64,000 nt of DNA, from the NCBI GenBank assembly GCA_038245295.1, contig JBBRSP010000016.1, forward strand, positions 54,327 through 118,326, given 5' to 3'. This document shows positions 1 through 9,104 of the stretch, piece by piece. Source of the DNA: Candidatus Binatia bacterium. GTDB lineage: Bacteria > Desulfobacterota > Binatia > HRBIN30. The position numbers and the translations under genes are program-made. Under the pieces are notes generated by a model. The model worked only from the letters and a program-made list of their open reading frames with translations. It was not told where the DNA came from and ran no database searches. Numbering within the stretch: the stretch's first letter is position 1; the number at the start of each line of letters is the position of its first letter.

Positions 1-2
1 GG

Positions 3-1616
3 CAAGGCGATCGGGTCATCCTGTCGCTGAGTAATCCGCACGACTTTCTCGTCGCGTTCTTTTCGACGCTCGCAGCCGGAGCCGCCGCGGTACCGCTCCC
101 AACGGTGGCGGAGTCGGGCACACCGCGGTCATTCGCCACACGTGTGCGCGAAGTCAGTCAGGATTGTGGGCCCACCGCCGGCATTGTGGAAAGCATCCAA
201 CGGTTCAAGGCCGTGGTCGGCGAGCTGCCGACGGACATGGCGCTGATCGAAGTGGCCAACCTTACCGATGCTACCGTCGGCGCTGGCCCGCCATTGCGGG
301 ACCAGCCCGCGGCGGCGTCGGCGTTCATCCAATACACCTCCGGCAGCACGGGCAAGCCGAAGGGCGTCGTCATCACCCACGGCAACATCCTGGCCAATTG
401 CAGCGCCATCCGCGATGCCACGGAGTATTCGCGCGCCGACCGCATGGTGTCGTGGCTGCCGTTGCACCACGACATGGGTTTGGTGGGTGGTCTGTTGACG
501 AGCATCTACTGCGCCGCCGAAACCTGGCTCATGTCGCCACTCGCGTTTCTCGGACGACCCGTCACCTGGCTCGAGGCCATCACGGCTTTCTCGGCAACGC
601 TGACCGTCGGACCGACGTTCGCGTACAGCCTCTGCGCCCGCAAAATTCCCGACAAGCAGCTTACCGGAATTGATCTATCGAGCCTGCGCCTCGCCTATAT
701 CGGTGCCGAGCCCATCGACCCGGCAACTCTCCGCGCCTTCAGCGATCGCTATGTCGACTACGGATTGTCGCGGCTGGCTCTCTACCCAGTCTACGGTCTT
801 GCCGAGGCAACCCTTGCTGTAAGCTTCCCGAAGGCCGGCACACCCCTGCGTTACGACACGGTCGACCGCCACCGCCTGGCAGCCGACCACACGGCAGTAC
901 CGGCAACAGCGGACGGGCCGAATGCCGTCACCTTCGTCTCCGTCGGACACCCCTTGCCGCGCCATCACGTGACGATTGTCGCTACACGCACGGGCCAAGC
1001 GGTAAGTGAACGTCAGGTCGGTGAGCTTATCGTCGGCGGCGCTTCCATCTCGCCGCGATACTTCTCGGACAAACCTGATGTGGAATGTACCGAACTGCAT
1101 ACGGGGGATCTCGCGTACTTCGCGAACGACCATCTGTACATCGTCGATCGCATCAAAGATCTGGTCATCATCGCCGGACAGAATTACGCGCCGTCCGATA
1201 TCGAAAATGCGGTGGCTCAGGTGGAAGGTATCCGCCGTGGACGCGTCGTGGCTTTTTCGCGTTCCGGCAGCATGGGCACCGAGGAGTTGCACATCGTCGC
1301 CGAGGTAACGCCGGATTCGTGGCGCGCACCGAGCGAACTGGAGAAGGACGTCGCGCGGAAGGTTCGTGAAGAGATCGGCTTGACACCGGCAACCGTAACG
1401 ATGGTCGTGGCCGGGAGTCTCGAGCGCACGTCGAGCGGGAAAATCAAGCGTTCCGCCTGCGCCGCCGCGCATCAAGCCGGGACACTGACGACGCTGGGCA
1501 GCCGTTCACAAATGGTGGGTTCCAAGCTGGCACGGCAACGCGCCCTGCTCTGGCATCGAACGACGCAGGTCGTCGACGGCCTGCGTCGGCGCCTCGGCCT
1601 CACTCGTACCGATTGA
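3..1616 (+). CDS. Fatty acyl-AMP ligase (FAAL), 5'-truncated by window edge
   Basis: Frame is open from base 3 (QGDRVILSL...FLVAFF). Motifs YTSGSTGKPKG, SWLPLHHDMGL, YGLAEATL, HTGDL, RIKDLVIIAGQNYAPSDIE, TSSGKIKR match FAAL-type adenylation enzymes. Confidence 0.88.
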   Translation, partial: QGDRVILSLSNPHDFLVAFFSTLAAGAAAVPLPTVAESGTPRSFATRVREVSQDCGPTAGIVESIQRFKAVVGELPTDMALIEVANLTDATVGAGPPLRDQPAAASAFIQYTSGSTGKPKGVVITHGNILANCSAIRDATEYSRADRMVSWLPLHHDMGLVGGLLTSIYCAAETWLMSPLAFLGRPVTWLEAITAFSATLTVGPTFAYSLCARKIPDKQLTGIDLSSLRLAYIGAEPIDPATLRAFSDRYVDYGLSRLALYPVYGLAEATLAVSFPKAGTPLRYDTVDRHRLAADHTAVPATADGPNAVTFVSVGHPLPRHHVTIVATRTGQAVSERQVGELIVGGASISPRYFSDKPDVECTELHTGDLAYFANDHLYIVDRIKDLVIIAGQNYAPSDIENAVAQVEGIRRGRVVAFSRSGSMGTEELHIVAEVTPDSWRAPSELEKDVARKVREEIGLTPATVTMVVAGSLERTSSGKIKRSACAAAHQAGTLTTLGSRSQMVGSKLARQRALLWHRTTQVVDGLRRRLGLTRTD

Positions 1617-1624
1617 CACCCGCG

Positions 1625-4399
1625 TCAACGGACTTCCAACGTCGCCAACCGCTGCGACGCGTAGGTCTGTATGTCGGCGCGCCCGGCGCGGCGCGCCAGT
1701 TCGAGGGCGCTGCCATACTCACGCATTGCCTCGGCAGTTTGCCCTTGCTGCACCAACACATCGGCAAGCCCAAGATGAGCTTCCGGCATGCCTGGATTGG
1801 CGCTGACGGCGTGGCGCAGGTGAATCAACGCTTCGATCAGCTCGCCACGTCCGGCCAGCACCGCCCCGAGGTTCAACAATCCACGCGGATCGTCGGGACT
1901 AATGTGCACCGCTTCGCGATAGTGTTCGAGCGCCTCATCCAGACGACCCTTGCCTTCCAAGGCGATCGCCAGATTGTTGTGCGCCGGCGCCAGCCGCGGG
2001 TCGAGTCGAATTGCCTCCTGGTACTCGGCAATCGCCGCATCGAGATCATGCTGGGCGGCAAGCATCTGACCAAGGCCGTTGTGCGCAACCGGCCGGGCAG
2101 GATCGAGCCGAACAGCTTCGGAATAGCTTGCCCGTGCCTCGGCAAGCTTACCCTCGTCGGCCAGCTTCTGGGCCATCGCTTCGTGCCCTGAGGCTCGCAG
2201 CGGCGCGCATGACGGGGCCGTCGTCAAGCGATCGCGGCATGACGATTCGGCCCACTGCGAAGGAGGTAAGGTTGGGCTCCACGGTTCGCCCTGCAGACGT
2301 GCGCCGAAGGCACGCGACAAGCCGGCGGCGTCGTGAAACAGATAGAGCGTCGCGTCGGGCCAGCAGCGGCAGATCTGAGTCTGCACCGACTCCTGTTCTT
2401 CCAGCGAAGGACTCCAGAAGAGCAACCGAGCGATCGGTACGTCGCCATCAAGCGCCGCCAGCAGCGAGCCGCCATTTTCGTAAGCCCGAGTCCGCAGAGG
2501 ATCGGCCGGGAGGAAGTGGCCGATCTCGGCGATATGAAGCCAATCATTAGGCGGGTTGCCGGGTTCGAGGAGCATGATGGACGAGCTCGGTGTTTCCGCC
2601 AAGGCGGGCAACGTCAGTCCCAACCAGGTCCGCGCCACGATGCGCGGGTTGACGATGTCGAAGAGGATGCTGCCGCTGAGCACGACGACCGCTGCCACCG
2701 AAACCGACACCCAATCCGACAACATCCGCCAACCCAGCAAGCGGGCAATACGACTGACACCAACAACCGAAAACAAAGGCAACAGGAGCGGCAACACCAT
2801 GGCCCGATTGAGGGAGGCACGGTCCGTAGCGGAGGCAATAGCGGCGGGGAAAACAGCAACGAGCCAGCAGAGCAGGAGCGCCTGGGTCGTTCGCTGCCGT
2901 CGCCCGTAGATGCAAGCAACCAACCCGACCGCGGCCAGTGCGGCTGAGATGGGCTCGAAGTAGACATCGCCGCACAAACGGACGGGGGTGCGCGGCACGG
3001 CGAACGGTTGCAACACGGCGGCAAGCGGAACGTCGGCGACGCCACGCTCGCCCGAGCGCCACAGCTCGCTCACCTCGCGGTGCGTGTAGTGCTTCTGCCC
3101 CATGACAAGCTGCAAAAGTGGCTCGCCGGCGCCGCGACGCTCCGCATACGTCTCGCTGATTGCCGGCAGGTTGAACAAGATGGGGACCACCGGAGTCACG
3201 GCAGCGATGCCGACGACGACGGCGATCACCCAGTCCAGCAGCGACGGCCGGCGACGCCACAGACGCGGCAAAATCGCCAAACCAGCAACCCCAGCCCACA
3301 ACGTCAGGTGAAGAAACGTCGACGACAGACCCGCCATGGCGCCGAAGGCGACGATATCACTCGAGCGCGCCTCGATCGGCGCGGCATAGATGCGGCATAC
3401 GACGATCAACAGGCCGGCGGCGAAAGCAACCAGCAGCGCGAAGGGCGTCGGACTGAGCGCCATCGACAACATGAACGGCGAGAATAGGAAAGCGGCGACG
3501 GCAATCGGCATGGCTTGTAAGCCAACGAGGCGACGAGTCAGGGCGGCGACTCCAAGTGCCGCCAACACAGCCCAAGCGCCATGTATGGTTTGCACAAAGG
3601 CAAAGCTGGCCTCGAGCCGGCCCGGTCCCACGAACGGCAGGCCGATGAGCAACAAATACGTGTTGGCGAAGCCGACTTCGTAGGCCTGGGCGAGATCGTC
3701 GTGCGGCCGATTGGCGGCATCGAGGAAGAAATCGAAATTCTTCCACATGTCCACCATGTCGGCGGCACGCGCATCGTGGTGTGCGGCGACGACGCGCCAA
3801 ACAAACCACACGCCAATCAGCAGCACCGCGATACCCCACCACACCAGTGTCGTAGCGGGAACCGCGGCGCGTGGCGTCGGGTCGGCGCGGGATTCCGAGA
3901 AACGCAGGATGGCTGCCGGTAAGGCGAGCATGAGGATCATGCTAAGTTGCGCGACATGTGGAAAGGCGGCGGACGTTGCCGTCAGAGGAATCAGCACGAG
4001 GGCAATCGCCAACGCTGCCCACTGGTAGGTACTCGACGGCCGAGGCAGTGCCGGGAGCGTCTCTGTCGCAGCCACGCCTGGCGCCTGCGAGGCAACCGAC
4101 TCGCCGTAGCCGAGGAGCGCCGCGGCCGCGGCCAGAGCCATCAGCCGCCAAGCCACCCACCAACCCGGCGCGTTCGGGAAAATCCGCGTCCAGGTTCCGG
4201 TCGCCGGTGTGATCACCGCGGTCACCGTCGCGGGTGGTGCAAAGAGCGGCACCACATAGAGGCCGAGAAGGAAAACTCCCGCGAACGCGAGCAGTTGCTG
4301 CCGCCGCGCATCGTCGGCCCGGGTACGCTGCATTGGGACAAAACTCGCATGGCATTCCGTGCAAGACAACAAGGCGCTCAGGGCGCGATCGATATTCAT
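1625..4399 (-). CDS. Multi-pass membrane protein (GT-C-like) with C-terminal TPR repeats
   Basis: Many hydrophobic segments, then TPR units (AHNGLGQMLAAQH, AHNNLAIALEGKGRLDEALEHYREA, LNLGAVLAGRGELIEAL). Start may be 4333. GT-C assignment is inferred from topology. Confidence 0.65.
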   Translation of the reverse strand: MNIDRALSALLSCTECHASFVPMQRTRADDARRQQLLAFAGVFLLGLYVVPLFAPPATVTAVITPATGTWTRIFPNAPGWWVAWRLMALAAAAALLGYGESVASQAPGVAATETLPALPRPSSTYQWAALAIALVLIPLTATSAAFPHVAQLSMILMLALPAAILRFSESRADPTPRAAVPATTLVWWGIAVLLIGVWFVWRVVAAHHDARAADMVDMWKNFDFFLDAANRPHDDLAQAYEVGFANTYLLLIGLPFVGPGRLEASFAFVQTIHGAWAVLAALGVAALTRRLVGLQAMPIAVAAFLFSPFMLSMALSPTPFALLVAFAAGLLIVVCRIYAAPIEARSSDIVAFGAMAGLSSTFLHLTLWAGVAGLAILPRLWRRRPSLLDWVIAVVVGIAAVTPVVPILFNLPAISETYAERRGAGEPLLQLVMGQKHYTHREVSELWRSGERGVADVPLAAVLQPFAVPRTPVRLCGDVYFEPISAALAAVGLVACIYGRRQRTTQALLLCWLVAVFPAAIASATDRASLNRAMVLPLLLPLFSVVGVSRIARLLGWRMLSDWVSVSVAAVVVLSGSILFDIVNPRIVARTWLGLTLPALAETPSSSIMLLEPGNPPNDWLHIAEIGHFLPADPLRTRAYENGGSLLAALDGDVPIARLLFWSPSLEEQESVQTQICRCWPDATLYLFHDAAGLSRAFGARLQGEPWSPTLPPSQWAESSCRDRLTTAPSCAPLRASGHEAMAQKLADEGKLAEARASYSEAVRLDPARPVAHNGLGQMLAAQHDLDAAIAEYQEAIRLDPRLAPAHNNLAIALEGKGRLDEALEHYREAVHISPDDPRGLLNLGAVLAGRGELIEALIHLRHAVSANPGMPEAHLGLADVLVQQGQTAEAMREYGSALELARRAGRADIQTYASQRLATLEVR

Positions 4400-4607
4400 T
4401 GCAACCCGCGAGGATGGCAGGTTACAACGCCAGCGACGGCAACGGACGCAGTCCCGCTCGGTTCAATGTCGCGTACGCGGCCAAGGCAGAGGGCCTGAGG
4501 AACAATTCCTTGCAATCCAAAACATCGCCAGTATACAACCAGCCGAATGTGGGCGACCGATGTGTGTACGTTGGAATTCCGCCCGAGGAAAGGTCGCGCA
4601 AGTCAAC

Positions 4608-5417
4608 ATGGTAGCCACGACAGTCAACGATCTTCCCAGCGATGAGAAGGCGGCGGTGCCGTCCCGCCCGCAGGGCGGTGCCGTGGAGCAACCCTACTAC
4701 CGCACGGATGGCCGTTACGAAGGTAGCGCCCCTTTCTTTTACGAAATTGGTCGCTTCCCCTGGGCTCGCCAGGTGGAGGAATCTTGGAAGACCATCCGCA
4801 CGGAATACGAGGCCAACCTGCGGCAAGGGAAGAGCCAGGTGGTCGACGTGTTCAATCCCGTCGGACCGACGATTCCTGGTTGGAAGTCTGTAAACCTGCA
4901 AACCTATCGATGGCGGTACCATCCGGCCTACAATTCGTTTCCCAAGACGGCGGCGCTTCTGAGCACCATTCCCGGGCTGACCTCCGCCTTCATCAACGTT
5001 CTGGAACCCAATTCCAAGATCCCGCCGCACCAGGGTGATTCGAACACCATCGTTCGATTCCATCTTGGGCTTGATGTGCCGAACGGCGACTGCGGTGTGC
5101 AGGTCGGTCCGGAGACCCGCCGGTGCCAGAACGGCACCATGATCGCGTTTTGCGACGCCCATTGGCACTCCTCCTGGAATGCCACGCCGGAGAGCCGTCT
5201 CGTGATGGTTTTCGACGTCATGCGTCCGGAGTATCTGGGGCAGCAACGGCGGATCTCGGCCAATGTCCTCGGGGCCACCGTGGTGCTCTGGCTCGAGACA
5301 AAGCTGCGCTTGCGATCCCCGCTACCGCGGCCCCTGCGATCCCTCCTGCGTTCCGCCATCGGCGTCGCGTTCTTGCTCGTCACACCAATACAAAGGCGAC
5401 TGCATCATGCGGCGTAG
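4608..5417 (+). CDS. Aspartyl/asparaginyl beta-hydroxylase (LpxO/AspH-like) Fe/2OG dioxygenase
   Basis: LEPNSKIPPHQGD, RFHLGLDVP, FCDAHWHSSWN, RLVMVFDV. Start placed at ATG 4608; the ORF-track extension to 4359 looks non-coding. Confidence 0.85.
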   Translation: MVATTVNDLPSDEKAAVPSRPQGGAVEQPYYRTDGRYEGSAPFFYEIGRFPWARQVEESWKTIRTEYEANLRQGKSQVVDVFNPVGPTIPGWKSVNLQTYRWRYHPAYNSFPKTAALLSTIPGLTSAFINVLEPNSKIPPHQGDSNTIVRFHLGLDVPNGDCGVQVGPETRRCQNGTMIAFCDAHWHSSWNATPESRLVMVFDVMRPEYLGQQRRISANVLGATVVLWLETKLRLRSPLPRPLRSLLRSAIGVAFLLVTPIQRRLHHAA

Positions 5418-5432
5418 CGATTGGTACGAGTC

Positions 5433-7253
5433 ATGACGCGTGTTTTGCGGACGGTGATGGTTGCGGCGTCGCGCTACAGCGGGCGTGATGTCGCGTTGTT
5501 TCGTCTCGGCATGGGGCCAAATGGTGCTTTGGGCGCACTTGCCGGCATGGCCGAGGATTACAACGACCGGCATAAGGGCCACGAGCGCATCGATTACGAG
5601 TTCTTTGACGAATACGTTCGCGAAGCCATTACTCCGGAAGTACTGAGATCGTGGCGAGACGCGGCCGCCGCGGATGGCCAGCCGTTTGTCCTGATGATTT
5701 GCGGCGTTCAGACCGCCATGTATCCGCGCGCCCGCGATATCGCGCTCATGGCGCGGCGCGAGGGAATTGAAGTGCTGGCCGGAGGGGTTCACCTGTCGGC
5801 GCACGCGCCCTCCGTGCAGTTTTTCCTCTCCTGCGGCGTACATGTCGCGATTGGCGAAGTCGAACCCATCTGGGACCGGATCATCGAGGACTGCATCGAA
5901 GGCAACCTGCAACCCTCCTATCGCATCACCACGGAGCAGGGAGTGCGCGTAAAAACCGTAACTTCCTACATCGCCGCGCCAGACGTGTCGCGAGTACCCT
6001 TCCCGCACATCCCGAAGGCGGCACGACAGCGCTACGTGCACCCGTCGCAGTTGTTCGTCGATAGCTCGCGTGGCTGTCCATTCCTGTGCACCTTCTGCGT
6101 CGTCAAGAACGTCTTCGGGCGCACGGTGCGTGGTCGCGACCCCGAACGGCTGGTTGCCTGGATCGTCGACCGCGTGCGCAACGACAAGGCCGCCAGTTTC
6201 TGGTTCACCGACGACAACTTCGTTCGCAATGCCGGCCACCGCGAGTTGCTCGAAAGACTCGCGGCAGCGCGAGCGGCCGGCAATAAGTTTTCACTGTCCT
6301 TGACCCTCGACGTCGAATCCACCTGCTACGCGCGCGACGATTCACCGCGTGGCGAGCAAACACGTGAATTCCTGCGACTCTGCCAAGCCGCAGGCGTGGC
6401 TCATGTCTTCATGGGTTTGGAGAGCACCAACGACGCGGCGTTGCAGGAAATGCGCAAGGGTGTGAACCGTGACCGTACCGATGTGCACGCCACCGGAAGC
6501 GGCGTCGACGGGGCGGCAGCGGCACGCGCGCGGTTAGTCGAGCGCTACAAGACGGCCGTGAGCGCGTGGCACGAGATCGGCGCGTCGGTCGAGTGCGGGT
6601 ATCTCATCGGGTTCGAAGCGGATGGGCCCGGCGTTGGCCTGCAAGCGGCTCGCGATATCGTTGCGATCGGGGTCGACATTGCGACGTTCTACCTGGTGTC
6701 GCCGCTCCCTGGGTCGGAAGACTACGCCACGGCGTTCGAGAAGGGCACCCTCCTCGAGCCGGACTTCAACGAGTACTTTCGCGACACGGCGATGATTGCT
6801 CATCCGACGATGTCAGCCAGCGACATGGAGGCCGAATTGCGAGCGGCGATTCGGGCCACATGGACGTGGCGCAACGTGGTTCGTCGCTTGGCGCGACGTG
6901 TCCTCGGGCTCAGTGGCAAACGTGTCGTTACACCGTGGCGCTACATCAAACGTCAAGTTGGCACCAAGCTGATCATCAGCACCGGCATGTTGACGTATGC
7001 GCAAGGCGGTTTGTTGCGCCGTCATGATGCGGGGCGCAATCTGCGCCTGGCGATCTCCGATGAAGAGGCTCGGCTTGTCTACCTTGGGGAGGCGAGCCCC
7101 AGCCCGAGCGCCAGGCAGACCGTCGAGCCCAGCATGCTTTCTTTGCCAGTATACCTCGACACGCCGGTGAGCGCCCCGGCCGGCCGTGACACCGACGTGC
7201 CAAAGCCGGCAGCTGTGCCACGCGAGGTGTGGACAACCGGGACCGTCGCATGA
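5433..7253 (+). CDS. Cobalamin-binding radical SAM protein
   Basis: RGCPFLCTFC (CxxxCxxC), N-terminal B12-binding-like AGGVH and IGEVE, FTDDNF, GLES, LPGS. Stop overlaps next start (ATGA). Confidence 0.85.
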   Translation: MTRVLRTVMVAASRYSGRDVALFRLGMGPNGALGALAGMAEDYNDRHKGHERIDYEFFDEYVREAITPEVLRSWRDAAAADGQPFVLMICGVQTAMYPRARDIALMARREGIEVLAGGVHLSAHAPSVQFFLSCGVHVAIGEVEPIWDRIIEDCIEGNLQPSYRITTEQGVRVKTVTSYIAAPDVSRVPFPHIPKAARQRYVHPSQLFVDSSRGCPFLCTFCVVKNVFGRTVRGRDPERLVAWIVDRVRNDKAASFWFTDDNFVRNAGHRELLERLAAARAAGNKFSLSLTLDVESTCYARDDSPRGEQTREFLRLCQAAGVAHVFMGLESTNDAALQEMRKGVNRDRTDVHATGSGVDGAAAARARLVERYKTAVSAWHEIGASVECGYLIGFEADGPGVGLQAARDIVAIGVDIATFYLVSPLPGSEDYATAFEKGTLLEPDFNEYFRDTAMIAHPTMSASDMEAELRAAIRATWTWRNVVRRLARRVLGLSGKRVVTPWRYIKRQVGTKLIISTGMLTYAQGGLLRRHDAGRNLRLAISDEEARLVYLGEASPSPSARQTVEPSMLSLPVYLDTPVSAPAGRDTDVPKPAAVPREVWTTGTVA

Positions 7254-8050
7254 CCAGCGGCGCGTTATTGGGCTCGCCCCTCTACGTTTACCTCACCTAT
7301 TGCCTGGAGTTCGGACTGCGCTACTTCGCACTGGCCGGTGGGGCGTACTGGCTGCTGCACGTGGCCTTTCGAGGCCGCTTTCTCACCTATCGCATCCAGG
7401 AGAAGTTCCCCGAGTCGACGGAGATTCGGCATGAGATTCGCTGGTCGATGTCGAACATGTGTTGCACCGGATTCTCAACCGTTCTCACCTACGAGCTGAC
7501 CCACAACGGGTACAGTAATCTGTACTACGGCGTGCTCGATCATGGTGTCCTCTGGCTCGCTCTGTCTGCCGTCTTGTGCGTGGTTGGTTACGATACCTGG
7601 CTCTACTGGGAGCATCGGCTCCTCCACACGGATTGGCTGTTCCAGCATGCGCATCGGGTGCATCACCGCGTCGGCAACCCGACACCGTTGGCAACCTTCG
7701 CCCATCATCCAATCGAAACACTGATGGGTAACGTCTACTTTGTCCTATTCGCCGTGCTGGTCCCCGTACACCCCTTGGCTCTGGCTGCGGCGGGTCTTTA
7801 CATGTTTCTCTTTGGCATCGTCGGTCACCTGGGCTACGAGTTCTACCCGCGATGGTTCTCACGAACCGTTCTCTTCAAGATCCTGAATACGGCCACCTAC
7901 CACAACATCCACCACCGGCAGGTCCGCTGTAACTACGGTGCCTATTTCATCTTCTGGGACCACTGGATGGGCACAGCCAACCCGTCGTACGAAGAGACAT
8001 TCGACGTCGTAACGGCGCGCCGTTCCGACGCTACGCTGACGGCTCTCTGA
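7250..8050 (+). CDS. Sterol desaturase / fatty acid hydroxylase superfamily protein
   Basis: His boxes YWEHRLLH, HRVHH, FAHHPIE, HLGYE, YHNIHH, NYGAYFIFWD; membrane segments. Confidence 0.9.
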   Translation: MTSGALLGSPLYVYLTYCLEFGLRYFALAGGAYWLLHVAFRGRFLTYRIQEKFPESTEIRHEIRWSMSNMCCTGFSTVLTYELTHNGYSNLYYGVLDHGVLWLALSAVLCVVGYDTWLYWEHRLLHTDWLFQHAHRVHHRVGNPTPLATFAHHPIETLMGNVYFVLFAVLVPVHPLALAAAGLYMFLFGIVGHLGYEFYPRWFSRTVLFKILNTATYHNIHHRQVRCNYGAYFIFWDHWMGTANPSYEETFDVVTARRSDATLTAL

Positions 8051-8122
8051 CGCAGCGTCAACCTTTCCGGGCAGAGACTGTCGAGCCTTCCGCAAACCTA
8101 GGCAGGCAGTACCGCGCGTAGT

Positions 8123-9043
8123 ATGGGGCCACTGGAGCGACTTACGTTGAATGCCATCGACTTGTCCGTCGTAACACCCGTTTACAACAACGCCGCGACG
8201 CTCGACGAGCTGCTCGACCGCATCATCAAGGTGGTTGAGCCGATTACCGCTGATTTCGAAATCATCCTGGTCGACGACGGCTCGCGCGATGAGAGCTTGT
8301 CGATTCTACGACGACGCGCTGCCGCCGACCCACGGATTCGACCACTGTCGCTGGTACGCAACTTCGGCAGCCAGGCCGCCGCCTGCGCCGGGTTGGACCA
8401 TGTGCGCGGACGGCGCATGGTTTCGATCGACGCCGACCTGGAGAATTGTCCGGAGGACATCCCGGCGTTACTCGAGCCGCTCGACCGCGGCTACGATCTA
8501 GTGTGTGGCTATCGTGAAACACGCGACGCCCCCTGGCTTCGACGCAAGCTCCCTTCCTTGATCATGAACGCCTACATCCGATACCAGCTTGGCACCCGCG
8601 TACGAGACCTGGGCTGCGGGATGCGGGCCATGCACTCGTGGGTCATCCGTGATCTCGAGTCCGAAGGTGAAAACCGCCGACTGCTGACACCGATCATTCT
8701 ACGCCGCGTTCGTAAGGTCGCGGAAGTTCCGATTCGCCCCGGCATCCAACGTACCTCGAGCGCCCACTCCTTCCTCACTCTGCTCGGCATGGCCATGGAT
8801 TACTACTTGCTCTCGGCGCGGCGCCCATTCCTGATCAGCGGCCTCACTTCTGTTCTCGTCGTGGGGGTGGGAAGCACGCTGCTGCTCTTTGGTCCGAGAT
8901 TGGCGGGGCTCGTATTGTTCGCGTCGGGGTGGCTTGGCGCCCTGATGTCTCTTCTCGGCGAATACCTGCAGCGCAGCTACCAACTGGCTCAACGCGTGCC
9001 CTTCTACAAACTCAGGCAGCCGGACGAACCAGGCAATCCCTGA
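8123..9043 (+). CDS. GT2 glycosyltransferase (ArnC/GtrB-like polyprenyl-phosphate glycosyltransferase)
   Basis: LSVVTPVYN, VDDGSRD, RNFGSQAA, IDADL, DLGCGMRA, two C-terminal TM helices ending GEY. Confidence 0.88.
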   Translation: MGPLERLTLNAIDLSVVTPVYNNAATLDELLDRIIKVVEPITADFEIILVDDGSRDESLSILRRRAAADPRIRPLSLVRNFGSQAAACAGLDHVRGRRMVSIDADLENCPEDIPALLEPLDRGYDLVCGYRETRDAPWLRRKLPSLIMNAYIRYQLGTRVRDLGCGMRAMHSWVIRDLESEGENRRLLTPIILRRVRKVAEVPIRPGIQRTSSAHSFLTLLGMAMDYYLLSARRPFLISGLTSVLVVGVGSTLLLFGPRLAGLVLFASGWLGALMSLLGEYLQRSYQLAQRVPFYKLRQPDEPGNP

Positions 9044-9104
9044 TCCTCCGCTACGGACTAGATTCGGCGACAGCGGCACCCGATGGCACGCGATGGTTCG
9101 CGCA

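Noticed and set aside
8074..8085. GAGACTGTCGAG resembling a MITE left end
   Set aside because: No matching right end or target duplication nearby.
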